Shown: positions 1-12,722, counted from the first letter of the stretch. The stretch: 64,000 nucleotides of DNA from Isurus oxyrinchus (GCA_026770705.1 JANJGN010000009.1:27032001-27096000); one strand, 5' to 3'. Program-made: numbers and translations. The notes: a model not told the origin generated them from the letters alone.

Positions 1-204
1 CCCAACCAAAGTACTGATGCCATTCTGGTGAAAGTTGGCAATTGCACCCTTTATGATTATGACCACACTGCATTATCCCTGCTTGACCACTTCAGCCTTT
101 ATTGTTGTTGGCCATTCCACTGTCGCTGTACCATGGGCTCTTGTCCGTATACAAGGCTAACCAGTGATTTTATAAGGGTTTATTACAACTTCCCTCCTGT
201 TGTT

Positions 205-232
205 CTCTCTTTCTCTCTCTCTCTCTCTCTCT
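205..232. repeat. (CT)n microsatellite
   Basis: Directly visible ctctct run. Confidence 0.9.
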
Positions 233-322
233 TTTTCTCATTCTTTATAAATGTACTGGAAATTTTATTACAGGCAGGGTTTGACTACTTGCATTGGAAT
301 ATTAAACAAGATTATAGATAAT

Positions 323-610
323 TAAGAAACATAGAAAATAGAAGCAGGAGTAGGTCATTTGGCCCTTCAAACCAGCTGTACCATTCAATATGATCATGGC
401 TGATCCTCTATCTCAATGCCATCCTCCCACTCTCTCCCCATACCCTTTGAAGACTTTAGAGCCTCGAAGTTTATCTATTTCCTCCTTTAAGTATATTGTG
501 ACTTGGCCTCCACAGCTTCACCACCCTGAGTGAAGAAGTTTCTCCTCATCTCAGTCCTAAATGGCCTACCCCATATCCTGAGACTGTAAACCCCTTGCCC
601 TGAACACCGC
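323..610 (-). mobile_element. CR1/HER1-like LINE 3' end fragment
   Basis: Reverse complement of the CR1 3' UTR (gcaggagtaggtcatt...gatcatggctgatc...ctcagtcctaaatgg) also seen at 37790, 54255 and 61838. Confidence 0.8.
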
Positions 611-974
611 CAATGGGAAGGCTGCACTCTGCCCCCATCCACTTCATTCTCTGACTCCTTGCAGCTGACGGTAAAGGCGTAAGGGCCAAAAGAGAAGTCT
701 TGCTTTTTGCAGACAGGAGCAAGAAACCAGCCAATCTCATGAAGCAGGTTGGCTGACGGTACCAAAAGTAGTGAGCAGCAGAAATATGATCCCTCTCAGT
801 TAGATACAGTGCTGATAGAGGTCTAATGGCCTAATAAGGGCAGGAAAGATGAGTGGCATAACACTTTCAGGTACCAACCTTGACAGTCACTTCCCCAGCA
901 TTTCAGCAGTACAGCAAGTGTGCCTGCTCCAGGATTTGGTGGGAAACTGTAAGCACTGGGGTAACTGTGTTAGT

Positions 975-1145
975 TTGTATGTATGTTAGTATGCAGGTAC
1001 AGCAAGTGATTAGGAAGGTAAATGGAATGTTGGCATTTATTGCAAGGGGAATGGAATATAAAAGTAGGGAAGTTTTACTGCAGCTATATAGGGCTTTGAT
1101 AAGACCACCACTTGAATACTCTGCACTGTTTTAGTCTACTTATTT
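975..1145 (+). mobile_element. CR1 LINE ORF2 C-terminal fragment
   Basis: QVQQVIRKVNGMLAFIARGMEYKSREVLLQLYRALIRPPLEY, typical CR1 post-RT region. Confidence 0.85.
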
Positions 1146-1189
1146 GAAAAATGCTATTAGTCATTTGGTAGCGCAGAACTTTGAGTATT

Positions 1190-2050
1190 ACTGAAAAAAG
1201 AGAAGTTTTCGTCGAAGCTTTTTGTCTTGCATTCATCAGGACAATTTGCAAGAAAATGTCAGGAGAAACAACAAAATTATACTGTATGTGAAAAGAGTGC
1301 TTTTCTTGGCGAGTGGACTCCTGATTGGTAGAGGTGTTGCCATGGAGAATGCACCAGTTGATGGTGACTGACATTTAACTGCTAAGCATTTTGAAACTTG
1401 AGCCAGGCAACTTGACTCTAGTCAAGACTTTGCCCTGGGGAATTAACCAGCCAATGGTTGTCACTTATTTGTTTAGCTGAAATGAGCACAATGTGAGTAC
1501 ATGTTCTTTCTATCTGCGAAGAACAGGATCCTGTGTATTAATATGTTGCTTCCAGTACACACCTATATCATACTGTGAGCCCGACTGACAATCTTCAATT
1601 GGTTGTCAGTGTAATTCTTAGCACATTGAGGATTATTTAGCTAATGTTGTCCAATTACAGAATCACATCTAATGTTGGACACTGTTTTGAGTTTTGCAAG
1701 CATGGATTGGTTGGGTGTAGCCCGTACGTTTGCCCTTTCCAAACTGGAAGGGACAAGTTGTTTGATACATTCCACCAATCTTTGGGACGTACGGCCTATA
1801 TGCCTAGCATCTCACTGGCACAGAAGTTCATATGCCACATTAATCATCTGTGTGATAGGCAGAATGTCTCTTGGCTTGACAGCAGCATCCTATTAGTGGC
1901 AAATACCACTCATGTTGCTACTGCATAGCAGCATGAAACAGCTAGCTTCACCTGTTGCTCAAATTTTTGAGAGCTTTCCCTTCTGGGGGGTAATCTGGGC
2001 ACTGGGCGCTTTTCAGGGCTGAAAGTGACAGCCTTGGGGAGCTTTATGTA
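1190..2050 (-). mobile_element. Penelope-like element, lineage B, decayed 3' part (GIY-YIG plus terminal repeat)
   Basis: Reverse-complement similarity to 18985-19812, including the GIY-YIG-like region (gggacgtacggcctata) and terminal hammerhead motif. Confidence 0.7.
1211..1244 (-). ncRNA. Minimal hammerhead ribozyme motif, degenerate (lineage B)
   Basis: Minus strand reads ttgtc-CTGATGA-atgcaagac-AAAA-agct-TC-gac; stem I gtc/gac; GAAA appears mutated to AAAA, consistent with CpG decay. Confidence 0.55.
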
Positions 2051-3814
2051 TTAATACAAGTGGAGGGTGGGGGGGGGGAGGGGAGGGCTGCTGCTGGTGT
2101 GCAGCTGCAGACAGTAAAGTAGAATTGAGGCCACAACCAGGCTAGCTAAGGCCTTATGGTAGAGCAGACTGTAAGGGCCAAATGGCCTACTGTTCCTAAT
2201 TTGTGTGTTCCTAATTGGGAGGGAGGTGAAAGTTGGAGATGAGTTGGGGAGGGAATTTGACAGGTGAACACGTCAGGAAAAAGGTCAGGAGTTTAGCAGA
2301 GTGCTTGCTGAGTGGAATTTATAACCAACTTGACATTAATTTAAAAAACTGCCAGGTACTGAATGCCAGAACTAAGTGGGAAACCTGATAGACAAGCTAG
2401 ATCAACATTTTGAGCAGAGGCTCTTTTGTCTGAACTGAATGTTTTTAGCCAAAGCAGTAGCCTTTGTTTTCAGATGCTGGAGGAATTGCTGTACATTTCC
2501 AGTATCTTCGGTTTTTATTCCATTTTCACATTCAAGGCGTGTGTCATGCTCTGTTTTCTTATAACATGTTTTTACTGGCTGCCATCTCAGTAGAAGCATG
2601 AGTGATTTTTAAAAAATAATTCATTGCTTTTAATCATCTTGGTTGCAGCAAACAAAACATTTAGTGGGATATTTATTGTTGGAGGGATGCCTGACCTGTC
2701 CCAGTGCAATGGTTAACCTGTTAAAGTGTTACCTTCAAATGTGGGCAAGGCAATTCAGTTATAAAAGATAAAACCTAACATCTCCAGGAATCCTATACCA
2801 ATTAGTCTTTGATCATTGAGTTGAGAGGTGACTGAATTTATTATATACTCAGGGTTATTGTGTTCAGACATTTCAACAGCCTGATATCCACTTATTATCC
2901 ATTTAGCAGTTAAGTTGGCCAGTTCTTAGTGGGGCTTTCAAGGCCTCAACTATAAGCTGTCACTAAGGCAGGTAACAGTTGGAATATGTCACCTATAAGT
3001 GAAATTTGATGAACTCCAGTCTGTCTCAGAGCTTAACTCCAGATTGAATTTCAGGCCACTTCAGTGCAGTATTAGCTCTTCTAGCATCTGAACATATTAA
3101 CTTCAATTAGAATTTATCAAATCCGCCCTCATTCCTTTAACAGTAGCCAAGTGTAAGAGATTTTTGCAAGCATGCACAGTTAAACACCCAGGCAAATCTC
3201 CACACCAGCTTGAGCTACAGCAAGTGGGTTTACTTCCCCTGGGGCATGGGGCTAAATTATTTACTAAGTTCCATTCGCTGACATTCAGTCTGGCTGCAGC
3301 TTGTTCCTGATGCCGTTGCTTTGTTCTCTAACATTATTGTACTGAATTTGGGAATTCCTGGCCTTGTGATAAATCGGGACTGTCTTCCTGCAGTGCAAAA
3401 ACAAAGCATTGACATCTATGAACTGCAGTCGGTGCTTGTGATAAGGAGCATTAAAGGGAGTGAAATGCTTTGGTGAACTAGGGGAAGGATGAAGGGGAGT
3501 ATCGTGGGATTTGCTGGGCAGGGGGCATGCCTCAATGATGTGTGTGTGTGGGAATTGAAAGGGGAATGTGCCTCCGTACTGGAAGGTCAGTTTGGGAAAG
3601 GAGAGAGAATCTGTAGAGAAGAGCTCCAATGGACTTTGGGGCATTTGGAGGGGCAGGGTATCTGTGAACAAAGTAGCTAGAGAACATGTCTCCTACAGTT
3701 CAGAAAGAATGGGGGTAGGGGAGTGCTACACCAAGAGCAGCACTCCTGAGGCCAATAAGTCCTGGAGTGGGACTTGAACCCAGAGCCTCTGGTTTGAATC
3801 ACTGAATTGTTACG

Positions 3815-4285
3815 GTGGCCATTCAGCCCATCTTGCCTGCACTAGTTCTCTGAGCATTTTAATTTAGTGCCAATCTCTTACTTTTTCCCTATAACCCTAC
3901 ACGTTTTTTCTATATAAATAATCATCCAGTGCCCACGTGAATGCCTCGGTTGAATCTGCCTCCACCACACTTCCAGGCAGTGCATTCCAAGCCCTAACTA
4001 CTCGTTGTGTGAAAGTTTTTTCTCATTTCATTTGCTTTTTTTGCAAAACACTTTAAAAACTGTGCCCTCTGGTTCTCGATCCATTTACGAGCAGGAACAG
4101 TTTCTCCCTGTCCAGACCCCTCTTGATTTTGAGAACTTCTATCATATCTGCCCCCTCCTCCTCTTCAAGGAAAATAGTCCCAACTTCTCCAATCTTTCCT
4201 CATAACTGAAGTGTCTCATCCCTGGAACCATTCTTGTAAACCTCTTCTACACTCTCTTCAATGTATTCATATCCTTCCGATAGTA
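3815..4285 (-). mobile_element. CR1 LINE 3' fragment
   Basis: ggcccattcagcccatc...ggcagtgcattcca...ccctggaaccattcttgtaaacctc are CR1 3' motifs. Confidence 0.75.
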
Positions 4286-4959
4286 CTACCTACTGACCTC
4301 CCTGTCTCATAATGGTCCTGTTGAGTATGGTTAATGCCTGGTATTGCCTATTTTCCAAGCATGTGTGTTTACATTAAAATCCATCAATTGTTAAATTTTA
4401 GAATGAACTAAAATGCATCAATTCCATGTAACAATTCCAAAGTGTTTAGCAGAAACCAAGCTATAGAAGGTGACTGAACTCGAAGCATTTTTCTTATTTT
4501 AATATTGTGGCTGAATGCAGATTGAGTTAGTCTCTTCATGTGTGTGCCTCTGTTTTTAGATCTCCTTTTTCATTTATTACCAGTGGCATTTCTGTGTCTC
4601 CCTTCATGAATAACTCCTAAATCCATCCTGTTTGGATTTCTCTTCCATATTTTCCAATGCAATGATATCAAATATTTGTGTCTGAGGTTGAAGGATTCAT
4701 TTCTTGGTGTATCCATATTGCCCACTCAGCTGTCATCTTACAGCATGAGAAGTCCTTCTTCCGATTGTTGGTTTTGAAGGTAAAATTGTCACAAATGCAA
4801 AACTCGCTTCCCCTCTTCGCATCTTGTCTTGGCCTGAAGTATAAATATCTTGTTGCAGCTATGACTGGAGGAAATTCATTCCAGTGTATCTCATAATACC
4901 AAATTAATTTGTGTAGTAGTGGAGATACAGGAATAATGTCCTCTTCCCCACCTCATTTT

Positions 4960-5400
4960 CCCCCTGGTGACTGTCTGTTTGAAATCATATAATCCTGAAA
5001 TCATATAACCCTGAGACATTGTTAGATTGCCTACTACCACCTGTGGGTGATCATTCTTCATGTGACTCTAGATGGTGTGTATTAGCAGGCTCTTTGATTG
5101 TAGTGGAGAAACATCACAGCAAAGCTGTCCTTACTTGACGACATCTAGATTTGTACTTTCTACCAGTAGTTACTGGATTACATTCAGTGATAGGAATCCT
5201 GGTTCTGTCGAAGGGTCATGAAGACTCGAAACGTCAACTCTTTTCTTCTCCGCCGATGCTGCCAGACCTGCTGAGTTTTTCCAGGTAATTCTGTTTTTGT
5301 TTTAAATATTTTTAAACCCTGTCTCTGCATGAAGGACACCAGTACCCATCTGTGGTCCCAAAACCTTTGTGCAACTGACATCAGCTCTGTGCTTAACTAA
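4960..5400 (-). mobile_element. Ancient tRNA-type SINE (AmnSINE2-like), interrupted by a Penelope terminal insert
   Basis: Similar to 47020-47340 (+), 51140-51365 (-) and 61065-61325 (+); family name from recalled consensus only. Confidence 0.4.
5202..5303 (+). mobile_element. Young solo Penelope terminal fragment with hammerhead motif (tailless)
   Basis: 101/102 identical to 62562-62663; homologous to the element 3' end at 29189-29286. Confidence 0.85.
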
Positions 5401-5459
5401 TAGTAGTCAACCTTTTAATATAGCAAGCCTTTTTTCCTTTTCAAATTCAACTCGTCTTA

Positions 5460-5560
5460 TAAAAGAAAAAAACTTGCATTTATCGATTATTGGACATCTC
5501 GAAACACTTTACAGCCAATGAATACTCTTTGAAATGTAGTGACTGTTGTTGGAAACATGT
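5460..5560 (-). mobile_element. Deu-domain SINE (SacSINE1/AmnSINE1-like) 3' fragment
   Basis: aacttgcattta...cactttacagccaatgaa...tgtagtgactgttg; recurs at 51806 and degenerately at 23945. Confidence 0.55.
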
Positions 5561-5919
5561 GTTATGTAACTTGCACTGTTTGGAAGTTCCAGGTGGATCG
5601 TAAAGATGTAATGTGCTGTTTGAACAGCATCCTACCTGAGTTCCTGTCTGGATAACTGCAGGTTACGTTTATAATTGGTCTGGTCAGGAGGCAGAGTAAA
5701 GAAGTACTAGTTAGGCAATGCACTCTTGTCAACAGCTTAAAACCAAGTGCATGTTGATTAAAATTTGAAGGCTGGGCATCTTCCAGGTCTTTCAGACCAA
5801 ACAATCAAATGTAGGTGGTGATTTAAATACGATAATGATGCAATGCATCATCTCGGTAGTTCAACAGGAGCTATCTGAAACCAAATCAAGATATTGTACA
5901 GCATTATCCAAGCATTATT

Positions 5920-6855
5920 GATTTTAGATGAGGTAAGTGAATGTACTATTGCCAAGTTTGCAGATAACAAAAATAACAAAGGTGGGAAGGCAAGTGTTGA
6001 GGATGACCATCTACAGGTTGTGAGTGGGAGATCACGTATCTTGGCAGATGGAATATAATGTGGGAAGATGAGGTTATGCATTCTGGCAGGAAGAATAGAG
6101 CAGCTGAATATAATTTAAATGGAGAAATACTGCAGAAAGCTACAGCACAGAGGGATTTGGGTGTCCTCGTGCATGAATCCCAAAAAGCTAGCATACAAGT
6201 TCAGGTAATAGGGAAGGCAAATGAAATGTTGGCCTTTATTTCAAAGGGAATGGAGTATAAAAATAGGGAAGTCTTGCTAATACTCTACAAGGCACTAGCT
6301 CAACCACACCTGGAGTACTGTGAACAGTTTTGGTCCCCTTATCTAAGGAAAAATATGCTGGCATTGGAGGCAGTCCAGAGAAGGTTCGTTAGGTTGATAC
6401 TGGGTATGGAGGAATTTTCTGATGAGAGGTTGAGTAGGTTGGGCCTGTACTCTTTGGAGTTTAGAAGAATGAGAGGTGACCTTATTGAAACATAAGATTC
6501 TAAGGGGGCTTGACAGAGGGGATGTTGAGAGGTTCTTTCACCTTGTGGGAGAGTCCAGGACCAGAGGATATAATCAGAGTAAGGGGTCGCCCATTTAAAA
6601 CTGAAATGAGGAGGAATTTCTTCTGAGGGTAGTGAATCTGTGAAATTCTTTACCACAGGGCTGTAGAGACTCGGTCGTTAAGTATATTCAAGGTTGAGAT
6701 AGACACTGATTTTTAATCAGTAAGAGAATTGAGGGCTATGGGGCAAAGGCAGAAAGTGGAGTGAGGATTATCAGATCAGCCATGATTTCATTGAATGGCA
6801 GAGCAGACTTATTGGGCCGAATGGCCTACTTGTGCTCCTACATTTTATGGTCTTA
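5920..6855 (+). mobile_element. CR1 LINE 3' part, 5'-truncated
   Basis: ORF 6058-6495 RDLGVLVH...[12 protein letters not shown]...RLGLYSLEFRRMRGDLIE; tail gggccgaatggcctacttgtgctccta. Confidence 0.92.
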
Positions 6856-9164
6856 GTTTATTCAGTTGATAGCCTGCATTAATGGTAGTGAGGTTTCCAA
6901 CTGGTATGTACTATAAAAGGATGCATGATCAGATCCTCAAACTAGGTGAGACTACAATTCCCTAATGGAATGGTAGATGCCTGTTTAATCAGCTAGTATT
7001 TTGATAAAAGCATCAAATGTTTTTGTTTTGATTAGAGTCTTTACTAATTACAACATCTGGGTACTCTGGCTGCCATATTTGGTCAGCTGTAACCAAGTAT
7101 GCACTTGAGAGCAGTTACGCTTGTGTGCACAAAAAGCACTTTGTCTATAATTAGAGCGGTGCCTTAGAGATGGTCTCCCCTGGCCTTTGAGTTTGTTTTC
7201 AACTCCAAGAAATTATAGCAATTTTATCTTGTCCTCAATTCCAGCATTGCACATGATCGCCCCTCCTCTCAGTGACTGATGAATTAATGCTGCTACCTTC
7301 AATTATGCATACATGAAACTAATACGATATAAAAAGCAGTGGAAGGAAAATAATTAATTAAATGTTAATTGACCAAAGGAGCTAGAGGGGTCAGGCCACA
7401 TCATCGGCGGAGTTATTTTTGGCAAGCAGCATTGCAGGTTCTTTGCACGACAGGAGAGAGCACCCAGGGTTTCAGATTGCAATGGAAATGCAGTTGGCCC
7501 AGGTAAGGGAGCAGAGAATGGGTGTTGTTATAGTGGCACCCATCTGCTGTTCTTGGGAAGCACATGGACGTCATTAGCTATGCTGCGGAGGGTAGTACAG
7601 ACCTCTCAGAATCCACCCAAATTCTTATGTTTCTGGGTGAGTGTGTAGAAATGATGGCATGCCTTACAATGATGGTGTTTTGGCACCTCCCCAGAAAATG
7701 AACATTTGCTTATGTGATAGTGTCAGGGGACCCACTGAGCAAGTGGAATTCTTTCTGATGTGGGAGAGGGAACTGAGCAATATACAGAAATAATTTTTTT
7801 TTCAACTTGAAAGCAAATGTCATAGAAAGATTGAATCCAGTGTACTCTTTTATGCATGTCTGAGAACTAGGTGGAGCAATAGGCAGATGAAGCAAATGTT
7901 TTTAGCTTAATAGAAAAAGTACAAAATCTGAGATTAACCGAATGGTCCCAATATTTGGGGGTAGGGGGACAGTGCAGGAGACTGGATTGGGTAGGAAAGA
8001 AGTCATGATGGGTTGGTAGGGAGGAGCAGGCCATGATTTTTTTGCAGTGTGGGAGGAGGGGGGAGGTTGGGCATGGGGTGGGGGTGAGATATATTACAAT
8101 GGGGGGGAGGTGGGGGAAAGCATGAGGAGATGGATGGAAGATTGGAGAGACCTTGATGGGTTGGGGAGAGGGGTCAAAGAGACCTCCATCTGATGAGGGG
8201 GAGCGATAGGAGACTAACAGGGCAAGGGGAAGCAGGAGGTACCTTTGTGGGACCTGGGGAGAATACCAGCTCAGAGACCCAGAATGTGCTTTTTAAAAAA
8301 AAAAATACTCTACTTACCTTGTGGAGCCAGTGGCTCCCATCTCTCTTTCACTGCCAACTCTGGGAAACTCGTTCAGAGAGGCAGTCAACTTGGAACTGGA
8401 GTCCCAAACACATTATGGACATGTGTGTGTTAAATATGTTAGTGTCCTGCCTCTCCTGTCAGATATCCTGATACCTGCTGGCATGAAAAAGGCACTGGGT
8501 ACATGTGGCAAGTTCCCCATATTTATCTCTTTAATCTCAACACATCACCCACACCTACTCCCGTGACCTTCCCCCATCCATTACATAGTGGTGGAAAGAG
8601 ATAAATATAGAGATCAATGATTCAGACTGCAAGAGAAACTTCATTATGGCCCCACCCAATGACATTTTATCTAATCAATTGTAATGAAACTCCATTCATT
8701 AAACACAAAATATTAAATATTTCACAGAATTTGTGTCTGATCCGTGACCGATCAGTGCATCAGTTCATCCTTTTCAAGTGATTTGTTTGCCAATTGCAAG
8801 TATTTTAATCTGTGGGAAAAGTACGAAGAGGTTGAGCTCCCAAGAACATTGCTTACAACTCAAACTTGTGCTAATGTTGTGGTAGCAGGATTGTAACCAT
8901 CAGGATTTGAAACGAGTGGTCATTGGTTCTTTGCCAGTGTGTTAAATACGTAACTGCCCCAGAGGATGTGAACTCGAGCCCTGTTTTTGACAGCTTTCTT
9001 TGTTGTCCAAAGCTTGATGTTTGAACACTGGCTAGAACTGAGCTTTAAGCCCAATAGTGTATCTAATCCTTTCATAGATTATTTTACTTGGATTTCTTGT
9101 AAACTAGGTTTGAGAAATTGAGACAACAGGATATTGTATCTGATTATTCATTGGGCAAGACACA

Positions 9165-9495
9165 AAGTCACCTGGTCTAGCAATCCAGAGGCCCAGACTA
9201 AGGCTCCGGGGATATGGGTTCAAATCCTACCACAGCAGCTGGTGGAATTTAAATTTAATTAGTTTAAAAAAAATCTGGAATTAAAAGTCAGTCTCTGTAA
9301 CAATGGCCATGAAACTGGTTCACAAATATCCTTCAGGGAAGGAAATTGCCATCCTTGCCTGGTCTGGCCTACATGTGACTCCAGATCCATAGCAATGTGG
9401 CTAACTCTTAACTGCCCTCTGCAATGGCCTAGCAAGCCTCAGTTCAGGGGGAATTAGGGATGGGCAACAAATGCTGGCCTTGCCACCTCCTATGA
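9165..9495 (+). mobile_element. tRNA-derived SINE sharing its 3' tail with LINE family 2
   Basis: B-box-like gggttcaaatcc; central ccttcagggaaggaaat...ggcctacatgtgactccag; tail ggatgggcaacaaatgctggcc. Confidence 0.8.
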
Positions 9496-9732
9496 ATTTG
9501 TCATCACTTTTTTTCATTTGCAGGACATTTCTTGAAGACTTTGTTTTGCCTTTAGGAAAGTTGTGCCTTTCTAATGTGTGGCACAGGTTGGGAATAAGTA
9601 CCTGTCAAGGCCACACTCTATCCAGTTTTTTTATGCCAAATCATTGGGTAGCAGGCAAGGCCAGATAGAGGCCTGCAGCAGGAAAGAACCTTGAGCTTCA
9701 AGCTAAAAGTTGCTCTGGAGCTTTGCTGATTA

Positions 9733-9886
9733 AGATGACCCCTCTGAGATGACCCCTCTGAGATGACCCCTCTGAGATGACCCCTCTGAGATGACCCCTC
9801 TGAGATGACCCCTCTGAGATGACCCCTCTGAGATGACCCCTCTGAGATGACCCCTCTGAGATGACCCCTCTGAGATGACCCCTCTG
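9733..9886. repeat. Perfect minisatellite (AGATGACCCCTCTG) x11
   Basis: Eleven identical 14-bp units with no spacers. Confidence 0.97.
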
Positions 9887-10945
9887 ATCTTTGGCTATGT
9901 GAGAAATTGTGAAAACACATATATTTTGGCACTCTAGAGCAAGCATGTCACTAATGCACAAAAGGTTAATTTTTGTTTTGAGGGTTGAAGGTCAATAAAT
10001 ACATCACTCTTATCTATCCATAATGGTATTGGTGAGCCTGCCAAGCTAACTACAGCTATAATTTCAATTTCTTTGTGCACCAAACTTGTTATCAGTAATC
10101 TTAAGCTGGGACTCTGTCCAATTCCCATGGTGGAACAGAAATTCAATTTATAAGTAATTCAGTATACAATTATTAATATATAATTTGCTGCATAATTTGT
10201 GGAGGCTAGAGCACTTCAATGCCTTGGATCTGAATGAACTATAGATCTTGTTTAAAAGGGGCAAAAATCCCTTATTCACTGGTTTACTGTTGAGTATTAT
10301 GCCACGAGTAATGTACAATGTAATTAAACTCATTTGTATTCTGTACTATTGCTACATCAATTATATTTTAATCTGGATTATTTTAAAGTGCAAGGTGTTT
10401 TAAACCCTAATGGATCCAGGGAATTTAAGGACCATCTTCAGATTTCAGCTTATACCATGACCTTAAACCAAGCCTTTAATATCATGGTATTAAAGATGAG
10501 AAAAATAGATATGTTACATATCCTTCATGCAACAGACATTTTCCCTTTATTTCTGCCACTTCCCCTTTATTTAATGTTATTAATCCTGAACTGTGAGCAA
10601 TATTGTTCACAATTAGCCTGTAATTACTTGTAGCTTTTCCAATTACTTGAAGGAGTATGTTAAATTTACCAGACCAATCTTTTGAGTGCACCCCTGTTGG
10701 ATGATGTAACTTTATTTTGCTGTTGTCTGTGTCGTTTGGGTTGCTGGCAAGTTGTCTTTGTAACATTCAATGTCCTGCTCATGCATTGCAGGCAAAATGC
10801 ATTTGATTTCTCGCCAGAATCTTTGTCTGCCATCTTCAAAATCTCACTGCAGTGGACGATAGTTGGAAATCATGTGCACTAACAGTTCCAGCATCCATAC
10901 CTTTTTAATCATTTGTTATGTCAGAACTTCAAGTTTCTGGTTTTA

Positions 10946-11800
10946 ATTTATTCATTCATGGGATGTGGGTATTGCAGACCAGTCCAGCATTTATTTCCCA
11001 TCCTTAATTGCCCTTGAGAAGGTAGTGATGAGCCACTGCTTTGAACTGCTGCAGTTCATTTGGTGTAGGTACACCCACAGTACTATTAGGCAGGGAGTTC
11101 CAGGATTTTGACCCAGCGACAGTGAAGGAATGGCAATATAGTTCCAAGTCAGGATGGTGAGTGACTTGGAGGGGAACTTCCAGGTGCTAGTGCATCTGCT
11201 GCACTTGTCCTTCTGGATGGCAGGTTTGGAAAGTGCTGTCGAAGGAGCCTTGGTGACTTGCTGCGGTGCATTTTGTAGACGGTGTACCACTGTGCGTCAG
11301 TGGTGGTGGAAATTAATGTTGAAGGTTGCAGATGGGGTGTCAGTTAAGTGACCTGGTTTATCCTGGATGGTGTCGAGCTTCTTATGTGTTGTGGGAGCTG
11401 CTTTCATCCAGGCAAGTGGAGAATATCCCATCACACTCCTGACTTGTACCTTTTAGATGGTGGACAGGCTTTGGGGAGTCAGGAAGTGAGTTACTCACTG
11501 CAGAATTCCCAGCCTCTGACCTGTTTTTGTAGCCACAGCATTTCTCTGGCTAGTCCAGTTTCTGGTCAATGGAGAAGCTCTCAGGATGTTGATAGTGGGG
11601 GATTCAGTGATGGTAATGCTATTGAATGTCAAAGGAAAGATGGTTAGATTCTCATTTGTTGCAAATGGTCATTGCCTAGAACTTGTGGCATGCATGTTAC
11701 TTGCCACTTACCAGCCCAAGCTTGAACGTTGTCCAGGTCTTGCTACATATGTACATGGGCTGCTTCAGAGTTGCGAATGAGTACTGAACATTGTGCAATC
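10946..11800 (-). mobile_element. LINE family 2 (CR1/L2-group) 3' part
   Basis: Reverse complement of 36050-36862; tail ttattcattcatgggatgtggg. Confidence 0.85.
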
Positions 11801-12449
11801 TTTCTTCCTCCCAGGGCTGGAATTATATTTAGTTACAGTATTAATGAGTCACCAACCAAAGCATTTAGTCTAGTGCTACAATAAATGAGAAATTATTTTT
11901 TACTACTCTAAGCATTCACTGAGGCAATTCTGGCGAATTAATGGAGTAGAAAAAATAGGTCTATGACCATCTGAACAAACTGTTAAACATAATCATTAAC
12001 TTTCAATGATTTTGTTCATAACCCACTTCCTCCTCCACTGATTTCACTTCCTCCTCCATCACCTCCACAACTGATCTATTTTAACTTCTCTTTCTGTGGA
12101 GCTGAGAGGTAATTAAAGGCCATCAAATAGTGGGAAAACTGAAATCCGCAGCCTTTGCTGTCAGCTGCACCTATTTCTGACCATTGTCTCAGACTGACCC
12201 AGATTATTCAAATCTCTGTATACTGTTTGACCATAGGTTAAGGTTCCTGAATGATTGTGATGGACAGAGTTTTGCTTTAGAAAAACCACAGACTTAAGGG
12301 AGGCTTGATTGTGGCCATTAAAATGAAAAATTAGACATTTTTCCCCCCAAGCTGAAAGGCTAATAAAGTTGGAAAAGCTAGGGAAGATGAGAAGGCACAA
12401 GGTGATGTTACAAAAGCAAAGAGCATGGTTACATGCTACTAGTTAGTTT

Positions 12450-12722
12450 TATTTTATTCTTTCCTGGGATGTGGGTGTCACTGGCGAAGCCAGCAATCAT
12501 TGCCTATTCCTAATTGCCCTTGTGCAGGGAGCATTTAAGACCCAACTACATTGCTGTGGGCCTGGAGTCACATGTAGGCCAGACCAAGTAAGGACAGCAG
12601 ATTTCCTTCCCTGAAGGACATTAGTGAACCAGATGGGTTCTACGACAGTCAACAATGGTTTTGTGGCCGTCAATGGACTTTTAATTCTGGATTTTTAGCG
12701 AATTCAATTTTCACCATCTTGC
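12450..12722 (-). mobile_element. tRNA-derived SINE, same family as 9165
   Basis: ctggagtcacatgtaggccagacc...ttccttccctgaaggacattagtgaacc. Confidence 0.8.

Noticed and set aside
9733-9886. CRISPR-like array or repetitive protein ORFs (9618-9932, 9698-9961)
   Set aside because: No spacers and no cas genes in a eukaryotic context; the ORFs are open only because the 14-bp unit lacks minus-strand stops
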